Positions 1-7,317 of a stretch of 64,000 nucleotides of DNA are shown piece after piece (within the stretch, counting starts at the first letter, position 1; each line of letters begins with the position of its first letter). The stretch comes from a virus. Location: positions 91,099 to 155,098 of the IMG/VR virus record IMGVR_UViG_3300025012_000031. One strand, 5' to 3'. Below the pieces are notes generated by a model that worked only from the letters and a program-made list of their open reading frames with translations, was not told the DNA's origin and searched no databases. The position numbers and the translations under genes were made by a program.

Positions 1-53
1 GCTGCGATTTAAATCTTGGATATTTAAAATTCATTAGTTTACCTTTCTTTGTG

Positions 54-127
54 TGGAGGGAAGTATGGGGTTCGAACCCATGCTCGCCGGGTCACGGCCG
101 ACGCGACTACCATTATCTTAACGACCC
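54..127 (-). tRNA. tRNA-His(GTG), atypical
   Basis: Cloverleaf with anticodon arm GTCGG-CCGTGAC-CCGGC, T arm ATGGG-TTCGAAC-CCCAT and encoded CCA; two acceptor-stem mismatches, C33, U73. Confidence 0.75.
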
Positions 128-132
128 ATTAA

Positions 133-348
133 TCAAGATTCTTTTAATACTTCAAGATGCTTACGAATATACCGCATGAACAACATCGCCTTTTCTTCAG
201 CGGGGAATGTTGCCTCACCGCAATCTTCAATCGGTACAGGGAACTCGAAGTTCTTATCAATGACTTCATAGTAAAGATTACCAGCCCGATAGCGAACAAA
301 ACGAACGACTGTCCCTTTAACTAAATCTTTAATATTCAATTCACTCAT
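133..348 (-). CDS. conserved phage hypothetical protein
   Basis: 71-aa ORF in the minus-strand operon, overlapping the upstream stop. Confidence 0.75.
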   Translation of the reverse strand: MSELNIKDLVKGTVVRFVRYRAGNLYYEVIDKNFEFPVPIEDCGEATFPAEEKAMLFMRYIRKHLEVLKES

Positions 349-508
349 CTTTGAAATATCCTTCCGTGTCGCTCATTGCATCGCTATAGCCGCTCCAATT
401 GTCAACACCATATACTTCAAGACGATCAAGGGTATCAGCACTCTTCAGTAGGCTGTTATATTCTTTCTCAGTGATGGTTACCATTTTTTCTTCTGTTGGT
501 TGAGACAT
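341..508 (-). CDS. small phage protein with GVDNWxGY motif
   Basis: Manual translation MSQPTEEKMVTITEKEYNSLLKSADTLDRLEVYGVDNWSGYSDAM...; AAGGAG Shine-Dalgarno (SD). Confidence 0.75.
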   Translation of the reverse strand: MSQPTEEKMVTITEKEYNSLLKSADTLDRLEVYGVDNWSGYSDAMSDTEGYFKDE

Positions 509-528
509 TGAAGTCTCCTTTCATTACG

Positions 529-620
529 TGGTGGTTCTAGGACGGAATTGAACCTCTTGCCCATACGGGGAATGTTCTACAGACATCCGGCAGCACCAGC
601 TACCCTTACTTGCAAGAACC
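529..620 (-). tRNA. non-canonical tRNA-Tyr(GTA)-like RNA
   Basis: Acceptor GGTTCT/AGAACC + ACCA; anticodon arm GGATGT-CTGTAGA-ACATTC; 6-bp D stem GGTAGC-TGGT-GCTGCC; T loop TTCAATT. Confidence 0.65.
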
Positions 621-801
621 ATAAGTTATATTACTTCCAACCGTAAAGATCTTTTCCCTGGTACATCCAACGGTGTACCTTCTTTTCGTCGTGTAGTCGA
701 CGTGATCTTTCCTGTGCAGCTCCGAAGTGATGATAGAAAATTCGTTCTTCGTCAAACTCAATTATTGATATCTCCGGCATCATTCTTTCCTTTACTTAAT
801 A

Positions 802-946
802 TGGTGGCCCGCGTTGGAATCGAACCAACATTCCCGGAGACAGTGTCCTCAGAGTCGCGACTAAGAGTTATGATATACCGACATACGTTTCGACATACCA
901 CAAGAAACACCATCCACATGGTCTTAACCGATTAGATGAGCAGGCC
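802..946 (-). ncRNA. 145-nt tRNA-like RNA with anticodon arm replaced by a long structured insert
   Basis: Acceptor GGCCTGC/GCGGGCC-ACCA, D arm, T arm GTTGG-TTCGATT-CCAAC; about 90 nt of helices in between. Confidence 0.8.
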
Positions 947-959
947 GTGCTTTAATTTT

Positions 960-1045
960 TGGTGTACGTAACAGGAGTCGAACCTGTTCAGCATTAAGCA
1001 ACTGGGTTACAGCCAGTCCCGGCTCTCCAACTCCGGCGTACGCAC
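960..1045 (-). tRNA. tRNA-Tyr(GTA)
   Basis: ACTGG-CTGTAAC-CCAGT anticodon arm, long variable arm, CCA encoded. Confidence 0.95.
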
Positions 1046-1187
1046 ATATAATTTTTATCCGTTGGTCGTTGGTCCATAACAAATCGGACAAATGACAGTC
1101 TTGTTATGATGACCGACTTTAAGCCGAAATGAACCGTGTACTTTACAAATTCGTTTGACTTCTATCTTCATTATTCATTCTCCTAAT

Positions 1188-1263
1188 TGGTCGAGTCTCG
1201 GGGTTTCGATCCCCGCTCTACTGCTTTTCAGACAGTTGCTTTCACCAGATTAGCTTAGACCCG
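1188..1263 (-). tRNA. tRNA-Phe(GAA)
   Basis: ACTGT-CTGAAAA-GCAGT anticodon arm; T loop ATCGAAA; CCA encoded. Confidence 0.93.
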
Positions 1264-1365
1264 ATTGTGTTGTGCTTTATCCAACTATTGATTTGAATGC
1301 CCATGCAAATGTTAAAACACCCACGAGAATAATGATAAATTGAACTGCTCTATATTGATGTTTCA

Positions 1366-1575
1366 TTACTTCTTATCCGTTGCATCGAGTTTTCTCTTTT
1401 GATATTTCCCGCAACATTTACATGTGCGATCCTCATATACAGATGTACGAATAATCGTTTCCCACCCAAAATGAAGTGGTACTGTTGTAGAAAACTTTGA
1501 CCACTTCTCCCAGTCATGGAAGAGGCGCCCTTCAAGACAACGGGCAAAGACTTTAAATATTCCTCTGAGTTTCAT
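1366..1575 (-). CDS. small Cys/His zinc-binding hypothetical protein
   Basis: C...HDW...CKCCG pattern; AAGGA SD. Confidence 0.65.
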   Translation of the reverse strand: MKLRGIFKVFARCLEGRLFHDWEKWSKFSTTVPLHFGWETIIRTSVYEDRTCKCCGKYQKRKLDATDKK

Positions 1576-1599
1576 TCGTTTATTCCTTTTCTTTATGAG

Positions 1600-1672
1600 C
1601 GAGAATGACGGGATTCGAACCCGCGCTACAGGAGTGACAATCCTGCGTGCTAACCGCTAACACTACATCCCC
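1600..1672 (-). tRNA. tRNA-Asp(GTC), no encoded CCA
   Basis: CAGGA-TTGTCAC-TCCTG anticodon arm, G73 discriminator. Confidence 0.95.
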
Positions 1673-1844
1673 GTGTAAATTTTAATCTGCCTCTTTAAGA
1701 AAGACCACAACTATTTCTGCGGCCAATCCTGTAGCAAATGATCCCGATTCTTCATGACGAATCTCAAACGGTGATTCGCATTCGATGATCCAACCATGTC
1801 TTGCTAAAAGTTCTTCGGTCATTTGTTTACCTCATTTGAAAAAT

Positions 1845-1921
1845 TGGTCTATGTGGAGAGATTTGAACTCCCGTCCTCCTGCGTCCAAGGCAGGCCGTCT
1901 ACCAGGCTGACTTACACATAG
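1845..1921 (-). tRNA. tRNA-Pro(TGG)
   Basis: CCTGC-CTTGGAC-GCAGG anticodon arm; C1-G72, A73, CCA. Confidence 0.93.
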
Positions 1922-1935
1922 ATGATGAACATTAG

Positions 1936-2008
1936 CGAGCGCGACGGGATTCGAACCCGCAACAGTCTGATAGACAGTCAGACATCATTACCATTTGAAA
2001 CCGTGCCC
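1936..2008 (-). tRNA. tRNA-Asp(GTC) second copy, no encoded CCA
   Basis: TCTGA-CTGTCTA-TCAGA anticodon arm; T arm GCGGG-TTCGAAT-CCCGT; G73. Confidence 0.88.
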
Positions 2009-2042
2009 GTACTTTTTTCTTCCGTTCAATCAATGGTGAAGT

Positions 2043-2071
2043 ATTATACAAAATCTTCCTCACTTTGTCAA
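2043..2071 (-). promoter_or_regulatory. sigma70-type promoter inside the tRNA cluster
   Basis: TTGACA-17 nt-TATAAT perfect consensus. Confidence 0.9.
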
Positions 2072-2111
2072 ACAAAATCTTCACAGTACATCATTTTTAT
2101 TTCAAAGAACT

Positions 2112-2186
2112 TGGTCGGGATGACAGGATTCGAACCTGCATGGCCTCCGCCCCAAACGGAGTGACTGACCGTTAGCCTACATCCCG
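2112..2186 (-). tRNA. tRNA-Pro(TGG) second copy
   Basis: CTCCG-TTTGGGG-CGGAG anticodon arm; CGGGATG/CATCCCG-ACCA. Confidence 0.95.
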
Positions 2187-2199
2187 ATATTTTAAAACT

Positions 2200-2230
2200 A
2201 AAAAAGGAGCCTACCGATAAGATAGGCTCC
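2200..2230 (-). terminator. intrinsic terminator (candidate attenuator) directly upstream of the tRNA cluster
   Basis: GGAGCCTATC-TTATC-GGTAGGCTCC followed by TTTTTT. Confidence 0.9.
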
Positions 2231-2262
2231 CTTGAAATGGGGAAGGACTCTATACTTAAAGG

Positions 2263-2355
2263 TTAATCGGTGCTTACACCATAATCCACAGGCGACATCG
2301 GATAATCAGAGTCGCTAAAAGCAAAATCAAAATGTGGGGATGAATGTGTAAACAT
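2263..2355 (-). CDS. 30-aa putative attenuator leader peptide MFTHSSPHFDFAFSDSDYPMSPVDYGVSTD
   Basis: GAGGT SD 6 nt before ATG; lies between a late promoter and the terminator; strongly biased composition. Confidence 0.75.
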   Translation of the reverse strand: MFTHSSPHFDFAFSDSDYPMSPVDYGVSTD

Positions 2356-2389
2356 GATAAGACCTCTTGTAGTTTTTGTCCGTTTAAGT

Positions 2390-2397
2390 TATTTATA
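2390..2397 (-). promoter_or_regulatory. T4-type late promoter
   Basis: TATAAATA; a gp55 homolog is encoded in the window. Confidence 0.75.
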
Positions 2398-2412
2398 AAA
2401 GCACTCTGGTTT

Positions 2413-2523
2413 TTAGCCAATTTCGTTGTAGGCAATGCCCTGTTCATCGAGGAAATCTTCGATAGCTTGCTTCTGTTCATCGTTCTCATCATCCAATTCG
2501 ATCTCGTAAATTACAATTCCCAT
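2413..2523 (-). CDS. 36-aa acidic peptide
   Basis: AAAGGAGG SD; MGIVIYEIELDDENDEQKQAIEDFLDEQGIAYNEIG. Confidence 0.7.
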   Translation of the reverse strand: MGIVIYEIELDDENDEQKQAIEDFLDEQGIAYNEIG

Positions 2524-2549
2524 ATAGTATGTCCTCCTTTCGTTTATTT

Positions 2550-3002
2550 TTATTCCTGTAAAAGTCTGCGGTGAAGAATCTTGAATTCTTCGTCTTTGTT
2601 TAATCCTTCGAGTGCCGCCAACACTCTTTCTTCTAAACCATAACCACTTCTTGTATAAAATATGACAGCGGCTAAGGTGTTAACTTCTTTACTATTCTTG
2701 ATGATGTTGGTGGTGATATTCTTTATCGTTTCACCACTACAACAGAAATCATCGATGATGATGTACCGCCCCCGGAGTCGACCAACATCACCCCCCGAAT
2801 GACTTGATTTTTTGTCTTCATCTTTACGAATGACATAGATGTTTTTATCCAAGAGGTGTGCCAAAACAAATCCTAATGCCATACCAGAAACACCCCGACA
2901 CACAATAGTGTCAAATTTAATTCCGCTGAGTAATTTCTCACAATCTATAATAGTCTTCTTCCGTTGACTTGGATCAATTGCCTCTTTGAAATAACTTGCC
3001 AT
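2550..3002 (-). CDS. type I phosphoribosyltransferase-family protein
   Basis: PRPP-binding motif IIIDDFCCSGETI; IRK loop. Confidence 0.85.
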   Translation of the reverse strand: MASYFKEAIDPSQRKKTIIDCEKLLSGIKFDTIVCRGVSGMALGFVLAHLLDKNIYVIRKDEDKKSSHSGGDVGRLRGRYIIIDDFCCSGETIKNITTNIIKNSKEVNTLAAVIFYTRSGYGLEERVLAALEGLNKDEEFKILHRRLLQE

Positions 3003-3037
3003 GGTTTGTCTCCTCGGTGTTTTTATTCAATGAGGAG

Positions 3038-3066
3038 ATTTTAATACAAAGCGATGATCAAGTCAA
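3038..3066 (-). promoter_or_regulatory. sigma70-type promoter
   Basis: TTGACT-17-TAAAAT. Confidence 0.75.
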
Positions 3067-3226
3067 TATTAAAATTCATCGCCTTACATTTTTATATTCT
3101 TCCTTTATAACGAACCTTACATCTTTTACATGTAGCCGACTGGGTTGATTCACGCCCAACATAAGCAAGTTCGCTTAACCGCCAGGACCAACGATGCCAT
3201 CCGATGAAACAAAGAAATTTTCCCAT

Positions 3227-3547
3227 TCATTCTCCTCTTGATTTCTGAAGTATTGCATATGCTTTGTTCCGAAGGTCCGCCTTAATAGCGTTGATCCTTT
3301 TTCTTTCGGCGCGTTCAGCGATAAGAATTTGCTTTTCATCACCTATCCCATCAACAATCTTTTCACAACGTAGACATATCTTAGTGGTGTAAACAAAACG
3401 AGACTTGCCACTACCCCTACAGAGTTTCACCCAGTTTCCAGTCTCGTCATGTATGATGTCTTCCAGTATTTTAAAACCGTGTCTCTGTTTAACAACAACG
3501 TATTTATGAATTCCGAATTTACACCAATTCATGATTATCTCCTTCAA
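3227..3547 (-). CDS. hypothetical Cys/His protein
   Basis: WCKFGIHKY...CLRC; in operon (true start may be the second Met). Confidence 0.65.
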   Translation of the reverse strand: MKEIIMNWCKFGIHKYVVVKQRHGFKILEDIIHDETGNWVKLCRGSGKSRFVYTTKICLRCEKIVDGIGDEKQILIAERAERKRINAIKADLRNKAYAILQKSRGE

Positions 3548-3553
3548 GAAAGT

Positions 3554-4633
3554 TTATGCGTCAGAATCCTTTATCAGATAGCGATTAGATATCGCCTTGA
3601 AGCTTAATATCTTACCATAATAATTATTGAATGATTTATGAAAACCGCGGATAACGATACCCTCCCGCTCGTTTGTCGTTCCTTCATATTTCGATTCGGC
3701 CAATTTAAGAAGGTCATCCATACTATATTCGAATGAATCACCGATTTTAAACAGCGGTACGCGCTTCAAATTGAGGGCATTACAGACAACACCCATATCG
3801 TGGTAATCGTAATACCGCTTCTGGGTTTTATCAAAGACATTGAAGACAAACATATCGATGGCTTTCAACCCAAGACGATTTTTCTGTATGCCCGGGCCGC
3901 AGATTTCCCCCTGGATGACAAGATGACTAAATTCTTTATCTAACATGATTTCATCAAGACGATATTTTTTAGCAATATTCCAATAAACATTACCGCCTTC
4001 TTTAATCATCAAATTCCTGGAACAAGCAAAGAACCCATCTTCATCAATACCATAGGTTCCTGACGTACCATCACACTTGACGGTAATCTCATACGGCTTC
4101 CCGGTGATTCGTTCAATAAGACTTGGGTCAGATTGAACTCGTGTCTCGTCGGTCCTTGGGAGAATATGATCGGGGAATGATCCCTTGGCGTCACCGTTCT
4201 CAAATGTGATCGGTGGTTCATACTTATTTATCCCGAGAGCATCGGTGAAGTCAATTCCTTCCATGAGGTTGAGATACTCGCATGTGCCATCATTCTCGGA
4301 CCTGGCCATACAGAAATGTCCGTTGTCATTCTCCATCAACCATCCATTGTCTTCAAGGATTTCTCGCACAACCGGAAATGGGATGACATAACCCTGGGAG
4401 ATCTGCCCGCGGAGTTTCATTGTGCGGATGCGACCCTTACAATTTTCAAGCTCAGGAAACCGATCAAGTGGAAGTACAGAGTCAATCTCGCAATAGATGA
4501 CTAGATCACCTTCCCGATGATATCCCTTTCCAACAACACAATCCCAACCAAGAACCTTTGCAACCTCTATACGATCGGCGTTAGGAATTGGGCGTAAACT
4601 TTCAATCCTTTGAAGCGAGGCTAACTTTCTCAT
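3554..4633 (-). CDS. RNA ligase, Rnl2-like/DRB0094 family
   Basis: MRKLAS...PIPNADRIE N-terminal domain, KCDGTS motif I, QGEICGPGIQKN, EGIV, SFKAIS; start placed after AAGGAG. Confidence 0.93.
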   Translation of the reverse strand: MRKLASLQRIESLRPIPNADRIEVAKVLGWDCVVGKGYHREGDLVIYCEIDSVLPLDRFPELENCKGRIRTMKLRGQISQGYVIPFPVVREILEDNGWLMENDNGHFCMARSENDGTCEYLNLMEGIDFTDALGINKYEPPITFENGDAKGSFPDHILPRTDETRVQSDPSLIERITGKPYEITVKCDGTSGTYGIDEDGFFACSRNLMIKEGGNVYWNIAKKYRLDEIMLDKEFSHLVIQGEICGPGIQKNRLGLKAIDMFVFNVFDKTQKRYYDYHDMGVVCNALNLKRVPLFKIGDSFEYSMDDLLKLAESKYEGTTNEREGIVIRGFHKSFNNYYGKILSFKAISNRYLIKDSDA

Positions 4634-4850
4634 TCGTTTCTCCTTTTCTGTATTCAAACAAGTCATCATGTTTGCCCTGTAATGAAAACAGCGCATCATC
4701 TCGTTGTTCTATCGTTTTATAACTTTTCCACTTTTTCCATTCACCCCATGATTTAAACACCGGGCGAGTCATCTTCCACTCGATTGTGAATGGTTTCTTT
4801 ATCTTTGCCCGACTTTTACGGTGTTTTGGAATCTCTTCATCATTCATCAC
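4602..4850 (-). CDS. hypothetical protein
   Basis: ORF with GAGG SD in operon. Confidence 0.65.
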   Translation of the reverse strand: MMNDEEIPKHRKSRAKIKKPFTIEWKMTRPVFKSWGEWKKWKSYKTIEQRDDALFSLQGKHDDLFEYRKGETNEKVSLASKD

Positions 4851-4856
4851 GGTACC

Positions 4857-5099
4857 TCACTCAAACGGATATTCTTGCCCCTGACTTCCGTCAGGAAAGA
4901 TTCGCCAATAACAACTTCGCCAATATGCACCATTATTCCCGCCGTTATCAACCTCGTGATTTGGACACCAAAATTGATATTCTTGGTGTTTATGTCCTCT
5001 TGGTAGACGATCGTAATAGGCACCGCACCCCCTACATCGATGTAATCTAAATTTGAAAGTCGGTATCTTAAACCAACTCTTGAGAAATCCGAACATCAT
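4857..5099 (-). CDS. hypothetical protein
   Basis: ATGA-coupled to the upstream ORF; CxxC. Confidence 0.6.
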   Translation of the reverse strand: MMFGFLKSWFKIPTFKFRLHRCRGCGAYYDRLPRGHKHQEYQFWCPNHEVDNGGNNGAYWRSCYWRIFPDGSQGQEYPFE

Positions 5100-5443
5100 T
5101 TCACCGGCTCCTTGTTATACTTTTTAAGAAATCCGTATAGTGCACAAGCAAATCTCTCGGGGTGGATGAACCAATTAATTTTGTTGTCTATGGATGAGCA
5201 ACAATCATATAGGATTTCATATTCAAAGTCAACCCACCATTCTTGTTCCTGTGCCCACACCCAAAGTTTCCCGAAGCCGGGCCATGTATCATAATACTTT
5301 TTATTTGCCAAACTTGGATTAACCGTGCTCGCTCCACATTTTAAACATTTCGTCGGTTCAATGAGGAGCTTATTGGGATAGTACTCGTGCCAACATTCGC
5401 CCATCATCTCTGTTAGGAATCTGTTAATCCCGTCGAATTCCAT
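5096..5443 (-). CDS. hypothetical protein (CWHE...CxxCG family)
   Basis: Start at MEFDGIN right after the upstream stop; shares motifs with 29707 and 30551 ORFs. Confidence 0.7.
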   Translation of the reverse strand: MEFDGINRFLTEMMGECWHEYYPNKLLIEPTKCLKCGASTVNPSLANKKYYDTWPGFGKLWVWAQEQEWWVDFEYEILYDCCSSIDNKINWFIHPERFACALYGFLKKYNKEPVK

Positions 5444-5444
5444 G

Positions 5445-5843
5445 TTATACCGCCATGACATAGTAAGATACGACCGCGAGCAAGAAGTTGACAATCATAT
5501 GAAGCCACTGATCAATCTTAATCTGCATCCACCACAGAGAATCCATTTCTCGATCGCCAATCATCTTGACTTTCTTCATGAGCCACTTAACAGCTTTGCG
5601 ATCATCAATCATAAAGTGAGTTCCGAACAGCGTCAACCAAATACAGAGACCCCACCACGTGCAGTAACCGAACAAGCTGATTAGAACATATGTCAGCGCC
5701 GAATACTTGAATGCATGTCGTGCACGAATCCTCCAGTTATCAAATTTGCCTAGGCCTTCTTCAGCGGTTTGGTAAATCCAGTCAAATGCCATAGACATGT
5801 AAAGCAGGATGAATAGTGTCGTGTCAATATGAAGACTTGTCAT
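5445..5843 (-). CDS. DUF3307-like membrane protein
   Basis: Hydrophobic helices; DW.yQ, HFMID, DQWLH motifs. Confidence 0.8.
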   Translation of the reverse strand: MTSLHIDTTLFILLYMSMAFDWIYQTAEEGLGKFDNWRIRARHAFKYSALTYVLISLFGYCTWWGLCIWLTLFGTHFMIDDRKAVKWLMKKVKMIGDREMDSLWWMQIKIDQWLHMIVNFLLAVVSYYVMAV

Positions 5844-5962
5844 TTAACCCTTCTTTCTGAAGTTGTTGCAGTATTTCCCATACTGCTCGTAATACCAATA
5901 GCGGCCATAGCGAATGTTTGATTCTTTCAACATATGCGATTTCCACTCATGAAATGGCAACA

Positions 5963-6115
5963 TCATTGTCTCTTCCTCTTCCGCTTTCTTTCAATTGAAT
6001 CTTTTGATGATATGTAGAAATCAGGAGCTTTATGTTCAACCCACTCGATGAATTTTTGAATGTCAGGGTGTTCTTTGATTCTTTCCCATGTATGATAGTA
6101 GTTATGGAGTTCTCT
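5963..6115 (-). pseudogene. C-terminal half of a small HNH (YisB-like) gene interrupted by a homing endonuclease
   Basis: RELHNYYHTWERIKEHPDIQKFIEWV...; no start codon of its own. Confidence 0.7.
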
Positions 6116-7010
6116 CCCAATCTCGTTCCCAAATACTCACTACATTAAAGCCCTCCTGTTTAAAGGAGTTTTCATATTCTATTGTTTCTTTATAAAGTAT
6201 CCCAGCCGTCTTACCAACACGCATATTGAGGAAGTCTGATTCATAAACTTCTGGGTTACCATGCCAATAATCACCATGAAAAAGATAAATCGTATTCGTG
6301 TTCGGATCAAAACCATCGACGATCCTAACCCTATCATTTATTGTAAATTTTACTTGTCTATGACCTTTATCAAATGGTATGCCGATCTCGGACAACCAAA
6401 TATCTTCTTTTTTCTGTTCACATATAAAACACCCAACCCGCAAATGATCCTTTGGTGTTATTTCTATTATTCCATGTTGTTCGCATATCAACTGAATCGA
6501 TGTATTGCAGTCTTTATATTCAACCAACTCATATGAAAATTTAGTCAAAAATTTCTTTCTTGACGCCTTAATGAAATTAGTTAATCTAAAATTTTTATTT
6601 TCTTCAACCGAGCATTTTTTACATCCACCACTATCAAATTGAAGATGGTGTTGCGCCTTATTTAATTTAAATTTTCCATGTTTTTTACAAACTAAAATTA
6701 TTGGTTTAGTGATCCCCTCGTAATTTTCTATTTGTGTATAATCAAAAGATGAAAACTTCAGTTTCCCCCTATTGATAAATTCTTGTTTATCTAAAGCGCG
6801 ATTCTTTGATTGTTTAAGTTGTCCGCAGTGCGGACAATCCCAACGTCTTTCTATATGATGTCTTGCTATCTGTTTGAAATCACCGTGTTCTTTACACCCA
6901 ATCGAAACGTGTCCACACCAACTATAATAATTATCTTTGTTATACGAATACTTGTCACCGTGAACTTCAATTGCCCGTTTTTTAAAAGTTTCAAATGTAA
7001 TCTTTTCCAT
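6102..7010 (-). CDS. free-standing homing endonuclease (repeated CxxHG zinc modules + Vsr-like nuclease)
   Basis: Three CxxHG...CxxC repeats; VDGF...FHGDYWHG...IWE; AT-rich. Confidence 0.85.
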   Translation of the reverse strand: MEKITFETFKKRAIEVHGDKYSYNKDNYYSWCGHVSIGCKEHGDFKQIARHHIERRWDCPHCGQLKQSKNRALDKQEFINRGKLKFSSFDYTQIENYEGITKPIILVCKKHGKFKLNKAQHHLQFDSGGCKKCSVEENKNFRLTNFIKASRKKFLTKFSYELVEYKDCNTSIQLICEQHGIIEITPKDHLRVGCFICEQKKEDIWLSEIGIPFDKGHRQVKFTINDRVRIVDGFDPNTNTIYLFHGDYWHGNPEVYESDFLNMRVGKTAGILYKETIEYENSFKQEGFNVVSIWERDWERTP

Positions 7011-7038
7011 ACATACCTCCATTTGTCATCTATAAAAT

Positions 7039-7046
7039 TATTTATA
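7039..7046 (-). promoter_or_regulatory. late promoter within an RBS-occluding hairpin
   Basis: TATAAATA inside the TGTCATTTTATAAA/TTTATAGATGACA stem. Confidence 0.7.
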
Positions 7047-7098
7047 AAATGACATACAGAAGTATGATAAATCTTATGGTATCAAGTGTTTTGGAAAT

Positions 7099-7239
7099 TT
7101 AATTTACATGTATCTTTCGGTGACAGATCTTATGGAGGGGGCTCTTAATCTTTCCTCCAAACGTCTTCGGTAGCAGGTGATGACGGTCAATCAATCTACC
7201 AAGGGTTCGGGCGCATATAGGACATTTTTCTTCATTCAT
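7099..7239 (-). pseudogene. N-terminal half of the interrupted small HNH gene
   Basis: MNEEKCPICARTLGRLIDRHHLLPKTFGGKIKSPLHKICHRKIH then VN-stop. Confidence 0.75.
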
Positions 7240-7257
7240 GATCAATAGACCTTAAAG

Positions 7258-7295
7258 AAAAAATCAGGGTGGCAACCTACACCACCCTGATTTTT
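7258..7295 (-). terminator. intrinsic terminator
   Basis: AAAATCAGGGTGG/CCACCCTGATTTT inverted repeat with T tracts. Confidence 0.85.
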
Positions 7296-7317
7296 GTTTG
7301 CGACGTGATGTTGATTT

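Noticed and set aside
529-620. tRNA-Sec or amber suppressor
   Set aside because: The centred 7-nt loop CTGTAGA gives GTA, not TCA or CTA
802-946. tmRNA or intron-containing tRNA
   Set aside because: No G3-U70 pair, too short, no tag frame; no group I core or clear splice motif that restores an anticodon loop
702-2164. Plus-strand ORFs 702-935 and 1922-2164
   Set aside because: They lie antisense to tRNA or tRNA-like genes
2274-2574. Track ORFs 2274-2492(-) and 2344-2574(+)
   Set aside because: No SD; they overlap the better supported 36-aa ORF, the late promoter and the leader peptide
6102-7098. Group I intron around the endonuclease (also considered at pncB and the rSAM gene)
   Set aside because: Flanks are too short and lack recognisable P3/P7 core; the endonuclease ORFs run into the downstream coding sequence
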